Origin: Paraspadella gotoi
Lineage: Eukaryota > Animalia > Chaetognatha
NCBI GenBank assembly: GCA_051294375.1
Contig: CM119263.1
Location: forward strand, 15,165,374-15,229,373
Reading direction: 5' to 3'
Length of the DNA stretch: 64,000 bases
The notes below the pieces were generated by a model. It was not told where the DNA came from. It did not search any database and saw only the letters and a program-made list of their open reading frames with translations. Positions within the stretch are counted from its first letter, which is position 1, and every line of letters starts with the position of its first letter. The position numbers and the translations under genes were made by a program. Below, in pieces: positions 1 to 10,268 of this stretch.

Positions 1-2873
1 CCGTTGAGAAATCGAGGGAGAACGACACACGCAAAACAGGAGAGACGTGGTTAAATGATAAAGTGAAAGTAAATGTTTATTTAGGCGTCAGAAATACGTG
101 TAATGAGTCTGAGGTTTAAAGCAATGACCCAGATATGTCGGCTTTTAAAAAATAAAACTAATTCGTAATCGTCGTTCGAAGCAGAAAAAGTCATACAGGA
201 ATATTGATATCGCTAGATATTTAAATCCTTCAACAGCCTTTCCAGCTCCTAACCCAGCACCTTTCAAGATTTATCTCCAGCACCTCCGCGTTCTCTCAAC
301 AGCAGCATCACATCCACCTGCGTCTTTAAAAACCGCGTAACGACGCCTCCAGTCGATTTCCTGTTAGCGGAGCTTTCGCCGCAGGTGGCGCCTTTGGTGG
401 CACCAGGAGGCGGCGTCGTTTTGCACCAGGCGACGTCGTCGTTCGCGAGCGGCGACGCCGACGATGGCGACAGCGAATTTAAGCAAATCGGCGCCGGATT
501 CCATTTTAATTAATGAAAGGAAATTGGAAAGAAAAAAAAACGCTAAACTTTTTTATTTTTTTATTTTCGAGACGCGAAAATTCTCGATCGTCAAAGTCAA
601 AGCGTCGGTTTTTCAAACGACGCAAATTGATTAAATTTTTCGTCAAATTTCGATTTTCGAAAAATTTTTTAGGAAAAATTTGATACAAATCTGAGACGTA
701 AGGTCGAAGCTTTCTCAAGCCTGGCGGTGGCTGTAACAACGATGAGTTGTGGTGGTGATTGAGTTGACATCGGTGAATATGGATAGGTTCCAATTCACGA
801 ATATTTTTGTCCGAGCGACTTTCGTAACATCGGTCAGCATTTAACCTGAATCAAGCACTAGGAAAAAAATCCATTTGACATTGAGCGCAGACACTAAGAA
901 AATGAAACATCCTTTGCGATTAATATCTTTGAGGCGCCAACTTACGCCAGCTCCAACAAGATTCCATTAATTCCGAGAAGAAAAAAACCTTTTTCTTTGA
1001 TCTGACAGAGGAAAGCGATTTACCTGCTAAGAAACCTTTCAAGTGTTTACTTATAATTTTTGCCAAATGTCTACCCATCGGTCCGTGTATCTTGCGTCTT
1101 ATTTTTACATATTAAACAGACGCCGTTGAGTTTTTCCATCTCTAATGACGGTTTGAGACTTCGTTAGTTATTAAAATTTCTAATTTAATTCGTGTAATCA
1201 ATTCGACAAAAAAAGGGGAAAACTGATTTTCTGCCGAATTCTAAATCCATCTCTTGCCCTAGAGCAAAACCAGAACCGACAACCCCTCTGCTTAAGTGAG
1301 AAATTTTCCGCCTAAAATTAACTAAAGAATAAAAAACAAAAGAATAAAAAAAAAAGAAAAACAGAAAACCAAAAAAAAAAAAAAAAACGTGAAAGAGAAA
1401 CGAGGAGGAAAATTTACTTTGCGGTTAACAATAAAGAGTCATCAGTCGGGACCCCCCTTGATAAATGAAGATAAATTATGAGTTGCTGTTTCGAAAAGGA
1501 AAAAAAAACCGCGAAAAGGAGAAGTTTGAGCCTAAGAAAGATGAATGGGAGAAGAGGGGGGCGAGCAGGGGGAGGAAGCAACGGTGGGGGGGATTGATTC
1601 GAAGAAAGACAGAGATGGGAAGGAAAAAGTCCCCCTTTTGAGAAGGAAAACGGATCACCTTGTCTCACTTACTCTCCGCTTCGCTTCGGGTCCGTCTCTG
1701 TTCCATATTTCCTTTTTCGAGTGTGAAGAGATAAAAGATAACAGGTAAGGGTGGAGTCGTAGGAGCTGGCTCTTTATCTCTTTTTCTCTTTCTATTCTCT
1801 CTCTCTCCTATCTCCCTCTCTCGCTTCTCTCTCGTCCTCCCTCTCATCTGCTCTCTTTACTGCTCCTCTCGACTCCGTTCTCACTCTCTCTCTCTCTCTT
1901 GAAATAGCGTCGGAGGAAACTGAATTTCGACGAACGATTTTGGAAAATGATTCGGAAAAAGCGATGAAATAAAACGTTTCCAGTTGCGAGGGAAGTTTGA
2001 TGGCGTTTCTGAGGGCGAGTGTGGCCGGAGTGCCAAAGTTGTGTCTCTCGAGAAGCTTTGGGAGAGTGAAAAATTTACGAGAGTGTTTGCGATACGGTGA
2101 GGGGTGCTCGGTTTTCGTCGAGGGGATTATAAAGGGAAAAAGACGTTGAAACGATTTGTTTTATTGAGAAAAGAAAAGGAAAAAAAAAAAGAAAATGGCG
2201 TTTGAGAGTGAATGCGACGAACCCGCGTGATAATGGGAGGAATCTTAAGTTTATGGGAAAAAATGTTACCGAGAAATTTGTTTGAGGTTTGACGATTTTT
2301 TTCCCCCCGAATGAAGGGACTCGTTTCGCGAGCGTGAGGCGCGGGGAGGTGGCAACGACGCAGTTGCTTTGGGAAAAAGACATTTTGAAAGAGGAAGCAG
2401 CGGCGGCGGCGGCGATGCTGCAGCTGCAGGTGGACCGGTAAAGGGTGAGGTCATGATTACGTTTGAATGGATGAGGTGTAACGTTGATGGCTTTGCATCG
2501 GCGAGGTACTAGACATTAGGGTGTGGTTTGTCTGTACTGTTTAAAATTGATAGGGCTGACATTGACGGCAATGGACAGGGTGGTGTCATTCTATCAGCGG
2601 TGTTGGCGGGAATGGAGATTGGCTCGGATGAGAACAAATTGATCATGTCTTCTGCTAAATCTTTTGGGCGCCGCCATGGTGAAGAAGGAATTCTAAGATG
2701 GAATGGAAAATGGGAGAAGACGAACGCGGGAAATGGTGGAGGGGGGGAGTAGAAGGAGAGAGAAAGTGGACAAAAAGAAAAAGGATCAAAAAGATATAAG
2801 GATAAGAAGGTAGTAAAGATAACACAAATTTTGGTCAAAGGGATGAAAAACTGGAAAATACCTAGGGCAATAT

Positions 2874-2908
2874 TGAGCAATGAGCAATGAGCAATGAGCA
2901 ATGAGCAT
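2874..2908. repeat. (TGAGCAA)n heptanucleotide repeat
   Basis: About 5 units. Confidence 0.9.
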
Positions 2909-3628
2909 TCTGCAAGGTTTACTGTGCAGTTCTAATAGTTTCACATTGCACAATGCACTTTGCATCTCCTTGCTTTTGAGAGTTACGAGGACGAGCAGCG
3001 TAATGTGTATTGTATATATATTTTAGAAAATTATATGAAAGTTGCAAAATTATATACGTGAATGTAGATAAACAAATAACAAATAGCGTATAATACGTAT
3101 CAACAGAAAAATATAAAAGTCAGACATCTTAAAGTAGTCGAAGACGAAAGAGAAACGACAATGATTACGACGACGACGACGACGACGACTATGAAGAAAA
3201 AGACGTCGAATACAAATTTGCGGACAACCAAACGATAAAGAACAAATAACAACACAGTCAAAGATGAGCCTCATCGACCCCTAGCGGTTATTGAAGCCAT
3301 TACGCTTAGCGTCGGGAGTCAGTAGTTCAAGCAGCGGCCTCTGTTTGAGATGGAACAAATAAAACCGAGGGCGTTTCAGGTCGCTTGAATAAAGAGAAGG
3401 GAAGGGTGGTCTGGTTATGTGAAAATGATAGGACAGTCGATGGCTGCCTTGAAATTAACACGAACTTGTGACCATGGCCGGCAATCACAACAAAAACAAC
3501 AACTGCAGGCGGCGACACCGACCAAGAAAACCGTTTTCGTCTCTAATGGTCGGACCGAACTCTCTCGACGAAAGAGAGAAACATTTGGAAGAAGAAAACA
3601 GTTAAAAGAAGCGAGGAAAGGGCGGAAA

Positions 3629-3682
<54 letters not shown>

Positions 3683-4000
3683 GAGAGAGGCGCATCTTTA
3701 ATTCTCGGGTTGAAAACAAAACTTTATCGAGGGCCAATTAGATGATTGAGATTCGTAGGATGCAATCGGTACATGTCGCCTCAGGCTCTTTGCATGATGG
3801 CAAGGTGCTGCGTGCGAAATTGGTCCATGAGCTGCGTTCTCGGGTCGGCCGAAAAAGATGACGACGACGACGACGACGACGACGAAGGGGAGAACTCGAA
3901 AGTCCCGAATGATTTGTGTGGGAAACTAGTTCAAGGTCCAATCCGTTCGGATTACAAGAATGGATTAATTACAGGGCGAACGAGAAAAAAAGTGGGGCGG

Positions 4001-4066
<66 letters not shown>

Positions 4067-4836
4067 TGAGAGAAGAGACAGACAATGTCAGACACAAAGA
4101 CAAAGAGATATAGAAAGAACTCGTTTGTACCCTTGGGAAATTTCCGAAATGCTTTTTATTAAACAAGTTTCCTTAATCAACAAGAGAAGCACTTACCTAA
4201 TTTTGAACGACGACCGAAGATATCGCGTGCAGAAAAAAAAAGGGGAAAGGGAAAGAAAATATTGTTTTAATTAGATTATTAAGGATTCTGCACGCGTACA
4301 TGCGGGTAACAAATAAATCGCCTGCGCAAGAGAAAAATTGTTCAATTAGTAATATATAAGTCTAAATTTTTTGAATCAATTAATGATTAAAATAAAAGAA
4401 AGGCTGATAAATACAATATATGGTCAATTTCGGTCATGTTCAAGATTTGTTATAGATTTTTTATAGATTTTTTATTGCAAAAAATTCAAAAAAACCAGAA
4501 GTAAATCGAAATTAAAAAAAAGGTTTATTTTAAGAATAAACCCCAATGCAAAACCATCAGTTAATTGAGACCAATGTATCGAAGTTAAGCCAATAAAATA
4601 TTACTTTTTTTGAGGATGTCGTTCTGATATTTTTTTCTCTTTGTTCCTCTGACGCCGCTTTCAGTTTGTTACTTCTTTTCGCGAGTCAGTGTGAAGTGCT
4701 TTTCACCAGAACTATGATGGTCAACGGTGATACTCCTCTTCCTCCGAAAGTACTATCTCTCTAGATCACCCCCTAATTCTTTTTCTCTTATATATCTCTC
4801 TCTCGCTCTCGCTCTCTCTCTCTCTCTCTCCTCGCT

Positions 4837-4873
<37 letters not shown>

Positions 4874-5061
4874 TCTCCACAGTTCTCTCTTTCTTCCTCG
4901 CAAATCACGCCTCGAGGGAGGACGAACTAAAACGGCGTCTGTTTCTAGGCAACGGCGAAACGAAAATCGCGGCGCTTATAAACAAAAACCTTAAACAATA
5001 AACAAACCTTATCTTCAAAAACGATCTTTCTTCTCTCTCTCTCTCTCTCTCTCTCCTCTCT

Positions 5062-5097
<36 letters not shown>

Positions 5098-5740
5098 TCT
5101 CGCTCTCGCTTCGCTAGCGTCAAAACACCGACGAGGGACGACAGCCTCATGCATAACACGGCGGGATAGTTTTTTGCTTTTGCGGTTTTCTCTCCGTCGA
5201 TGTCGCCAGCGTCCAAGAGAAAGAAGGGGAATTACAAGGAAGATGGAATTAACGAGTCCCGAGTGAATAAGCTCGATCCCCAGTTCCCGCTGTATAAGTT
5301 GTTTTTTCTCCAAATAAATATCTGATAGAAGTAAAAGAATGTTGTTATTATATACAAGTAATTTAAAGAATATTTCATTTAAGGAGTTGAGGCTAAATTC
5401 CTAAATTATTTATATGTATTAAAAAAATAACCTTCTTCTAGGCTGTTAAGAAATAGCTCGCTTCTTTCATTTGAAAAAGAAAAAAGAAAAACCTTTTACA
5501 AAACGGTAGTAAATATTATTTATATAAAGCACATCCATGAACAGTTGAACAAACATGAAGTATGCTTTCTCTCTTTTTCCCCGGTTTCGCGGGAAAGAAG
5601 CGAAATAAACAAACGTCGAAAGTCGGCGAGGTTTTTTCCCGCTGGCGGAAAACTGGTCCTTTCACCTCAATTCGGTCTGAATATTAAAACTTCTTGTGGA
5701 GGAAGAAGAGAGAGAGAGAGAGAGAGAGAGAAGAGAGAGA

Positions 5741-5772
<32 letters not shown>

Positions 5773-5975
5773 CGAGAACAGTTCTTCCAGTGTTTTTGTA
5801 TGCAAAACATCTACCGGCAAACTAAACTTAACATCTTTGACTTTAATGTATTTTTTTTAGATTTTATATCTGTCAAAGGCGTCTCTGTTTTAAAGCGAAA
5901 TCCGTCGGGCATCGTGGGTCGATTTAAATCAAATTTGGATCACAAATCGAAAGATTTTCGTTGTAGATCTTTAGC

Positions 5976-6013
<38 letters not shown>

Positions 6014-6338
6014 TAACTCGGATCTTGCTACCCTTTCTTCCTTTCTTTTGATCTATCGCCACTCAGTCTCTCCCTTTTATTTCTTTCTTCTTTTTAATCC
6101 TCTCCATCACTCATCCCGATTCCCGCTGATTCGATCTACAGTAGAGAATAAAACGAACTTTACATCTGTTCTTGGGCTTCGATCGATGACATTTCTGTCA
6201 CCTAATTTTATGTTCTCATCGTTATAATTAATTAGTGTAATTAACGAGGAAGGATTTTGCGAATATTATTGAAATAAGTGCTATAGAAATACAAGGATTA
6301 GTAAGATTTTAAGATTTTTACAGTGACAATACTTTTCT

Positions 6339-6461
<123 letters not shown>

Positions 6462-7029
6462 CTGTCGTCACTTCACATCTGCTTTTTTTTTTAATTTTTG
6501 CTCGCGGCATTAGAGAGAGAGAGAGAGAGGGAGAGGGAGAGGGAGAAGAGGAGCTGATTGGAGCGAGAGGTTCAGCTGGTAGGAGCGATGGAGTGAAGGT
6601 GAACCCGGTTCGCTGGAGCGGAGAAAATCGTTTAGACGGAAAAAAAAGTAGTGTTTTCGATCGGAAAAGGTTTATAAGGGTGGGGGGGAGTTGTTTGGGG
6701 AATGGCGACCGCTTTCGTTCGAAAGGGGGGTGCATCATCTTAGCCGTTCGGCGAAGTGGGCGTGGCAGCGTGGATGTCGAAATCGGCGAAGGTTTTAGGT
6801 TAGGATGGTAATTTGTCAGTCCCGCATAAAAGGCTTAGGATTAGTCGGATCAAGGTTTTTAGTCGGCCGTTTAGAGAAAGAGGGTTAGGAANNNNNNNNN
6901 NNNNNNNNNNNNNNNNNNNNNNNNNNNNNNNNNNNNNNNNNNNNNNNNNNNNNNNNNNNNNNNNNNNNNNNNNNNNNNNNNNNNNNNNNNNNNNNNNNNN
7001 NNNNNNNNNNNNNNNNNNNNNNNNNNNNN

Positions 7030-7062
<33 letters not shown>

Positions 7063-7322
7063 GTCGAATCAAACTTTTACGGTTAAATGACCGTCGCTTT
7101 TGACTTCGTCTTAGCGATTGGGGGAAGAGACAGAGCGCGCGCGAGCGAGCGAGTGAAAATGACCCATAGTCACTCACCGGTAACCGCGTGAATGGTGAAG
7201 GGGTAGAGACAAGTCGACGAAGAAGTGGATAAAAAGTATACATTGATTTAATTTTCGCCTTTTGTTTATTTTATTAATCTATTTATTATTATTTTGTTGA
7301 ATTCCTTGCGTTATCATTTATG

Positions 7323-7376
7323 TATCGTATCGTATCGTATCGTATCGTATCGTATCGTATCGTATCGTATCGTATC
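7323..7376. repeat. (TATCG)n pentanucleotide microsatellite
   Basis: About 10-11 perfect units. Confidence 0.97.
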
Positions 7377-7703
7377 TCTTTTTAAATTTCAATTAAAAAT
7401 CTCAAAGACGTTGAAATCCAAACTCGGCCTCCTTTTACCTCGGCCTCGTCCGTTCTTCACACCGCGGGGTTTGTGTCCTCCTTTCACGGAATGAGCCCGA
7501 CCCACAAATTACTTATACGGAGAACGAATTCTCCTCCCTTTTTCTTTCTCCTCTCAACTACGAGAAGCTGATTCAAAATCGTGGATTCGATGTCAAGAAT
7601 GGGTTTCTCTCGTCCTCGTCTCATGTTGGCTAATTCATTGACCGGAATGTGAATCGGTGTTTAAAGTATTAAATGACATATATATATATATATATATATA
7701 TAG

Positions 7704-8840
7704 GAACAATTTTTTTCGCGGGTATTCGAATTTGGCGCGGCGAAGGCCGACGCTTCTCTGGGAACCCAGGATCGCTACGACGCCGGAGGTCGAAACGAAG
7801 CCCGCGCCGGTAACGACGACGACGACGACGACGACGGTGAGGACCGCGGTGCCATTGACGCGGGCGCGAGTCCGCGCCGACGACGACGCGGTGCGTGGGC
7901 GCGTCGTCGAGCGCCGCGGCCGACGACGACTGGTGCGCGAACGACGACGAGGTGCCGCGCCGACGACGACTGGTGCCGCGACGACGACGAGCGCCGCGCC
8001 GACGACGACTGGTGCCGCGCCTCGACGACGACCTCGGTGCATTATCGCGGTCGTCGAGTGTCGCTTCGATGACGACGACGCGACGCGCGATGAATGCGAC
8101 GATCGAGTCCCCGGGGCATCGTCGCTCGATGGAACCGACGGTTAAAAAATATGCGGGTCTCGCGTCTTAGGGCAATCGTTATATACGAAAAAATTTTTCA
8201 GGCGTCGGTGACAGATGGCAGAGTCCGAAGACGGGCGGCGGAGAACTCGATGATGAGGAGGTAACCGATTCTAATAGCCAATTATTTCTCTTTCGATCCA
8301 AATTGATTGTTTTTTAATTTTTTTACAGCTGTGCGATAATTTCACCTTGACTTCGCGAGTTATGTCGGGCCTACGGGCACCTGTCTGGTGGCGTAGGTTT
8401 ATTCTACATCGTTCATCTCGAGTGAAGTTCTAAGTAGCGTCGTCCGGCAAGACGCGTGTACAGCCTCCCCCCTCGAGAGAATCTTCCGACAGTGACGACG
8501 TTACGCGCGGCCGAGGGCGGGGAGATCGATCGAGGCGAGAACTCTTCGGTCGCGTGCGGCGGTTGCCCGCGACGAGGGGTTCCCCCTACGTAGACTTGAC
8601 CGCGGACTTTGGTCAACTTTGCGGCGTCATAATACGCTGCCGAGGTCCTTTCGTGCATCGGGCTCAAGTTCACGCCCCGGCTCGATGTGGCGAGGAAAAC
8701 ATTTACGGGAGGTTGGAAAGGGTGGTGGAGAGCGAGAGGATCTCGCGAGTTGGGGGACGGATTGGGGGAAGATGAATCGATCGGGGGGATCGTTATTTGA
8801 CCCCCTTGCTTTCCCCACTTACGAGGCGGTGGATGTGATC

Positions 8841-8884
<44 letters not shown>

Positions 8885-8896
8885 CTTCCGCTGTCG

Positions 8897-8942
<46 letters not shown>

Positions 8943-9296
8943 TCTGGGTAATAAATTTAAACTTTTTTGGCACGGGTTTTGAACACTTTCCCCTTTGAAA
9001 ACGATCGAAATTTGTAAAAAGAAGAAACTAAAATTCGAAAATTCTAAAATTCGAAACTCTAAAAAATGGCTATCAAAAATATATTTTGAAACAAGTGCGA
9101 ATCCGTTGACGATCGCGTAAGTAATAATAGTATATTTAAATTGAAAATAATTTTAAAAAATATTTTGTTTTATTACTTTTAAAGATTATCCACAGATGAA
9201 CGGGGAAGGTGTTCAAGCTCAACATCCTGCACCGAGACGGAGATCATACTCGTAGTTGTAGCCATATTGATTATGTTGTTGTCATTGTATTATTGA
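7704..9296 (+). CDS. Candidate spliced mucin-like (Thr/Ala-rich) surface protein with C-terminal hydrophobic tail; partial
   Basis: Candidate exons 7704-8140, 8202-8260, 8329-8392, 8438-8711 and 9196-9296 have GT/AG boundaries, and the first four join in phase. A 21-bp repeat encodes AAPTTTG/S. The last exon reads ...CSSSTSCTETEIILVVVAILIMLLSLYY* with AATAAA ~15 nt downstream, but it needs one frameshift to join. No homology recognised. Confidence 0.4.
7870..8035 (+). repeat. ~21-bp tandem repeat (gccgcgccgacgacgactggt), likely coding AAPTTTG
   Basis: About 7-8 degenerate units visible. Confidence 0.75.
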
Positions 9297-10027
9297 TGTG
9301 TGCATGCAAAAATAAACTTCGTAGGTTAGTTTCTAGATATTTCCTACTGTTCCTAACAATGTCGTAGTTAGTCTCGCTCCTTTGATAGATGTAGAACCTT
9401 ATGTTTGACAATAAAAAATATTTGAATGAATTTTATGATGTTAGTTAACTATGAATAAGATAGCCGGGAACCCGCATATTCGTGAAAATTTTTTATGGAC
9501 GCGTCCTCGGTTGACAGAAGGTAAACATTGCCTCTGCTGAGCTGTCAACGGTTTGACGAGTTTGAACTAAAGGGGCACCATGCGCTTTAAGCCGTAAAAA
9601 AGTAGGAACCTTGATTGGTTCTTAGTTGTATGTGCCGTCGGGATGAAACAAGCATCCATATAGTTTATGGGGACGGAACAGCATTTTTCTGATGCCTCTT
9701 TTTCTGGTGTGATCTCTCTCCTCTCTCAACCCCCCTCTCTTCTCTCTCTCTCTCTCTCTTTCTCCCCCTCTCTACTCTCTCTCTGCTCTCCTCATCTTTT
9801 CTCTCTCCTCTCTTCTCCTCTTCTCTGAAATGTCTGTTCGCGCGCGGGATGGAACCGCGGCGGTGATTGTCTCTCGCGCGCGCGTTTGACATGTTTGAAA
9901 GGTCGAATCGTAATTCGTATGCACGACGGAGGACCATGCACACATAATGCATCCTACTATCGCTGTCGTGAAAAATTCTGAAACGAACTCTGAACGTTCA
10001 ATTTTACCCCCCAAAACAACAGTCAAT

Positions 10028-10268
10028 TCAGCACATGAGCCAATCCTGAAATGATTTTGGTCGACACAGCGCGGACAAGACGTAAATTTTCAGCGAAGAA
10101 TGCTCCCAGTTGAACCGACAAAGTTTCATGACCTTCGACAGTAAAGTTCGGCGGTTACCCGTTGCGTGGCCAAGGCGTTAAGCGTTTTGAAGGCCGAGAC
10201 ACAAGTAGCTGTCGTGAGCCACCATGTCTTTGTTGGCCAGGGCGCAAAGAAATTTTGATAAATGATAC
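10028..10268 (-). CDS. Terminal exon of the glycosyltransferase-like gene
   Basis: Acceptor ttttccAG. Encodes DMVAHDSYLC, PWP.QR and CP.LCRPKSFQDWLMC then TGA (10028-10030), with a few indels. Confidence 0.8.

Noticed and set aside
1002-1023. Apparent 22-nt GT-AG micro-intron on the minus strand
   Set aside because: One frame reads straight through it, and no other tiny introns are supported.
9491-9530. Hairpin gttgacag...ctgtcaac as pre-miRNA
   Set aside because: Only ~40 nt with a large asymmetric bulge; single occurrence.
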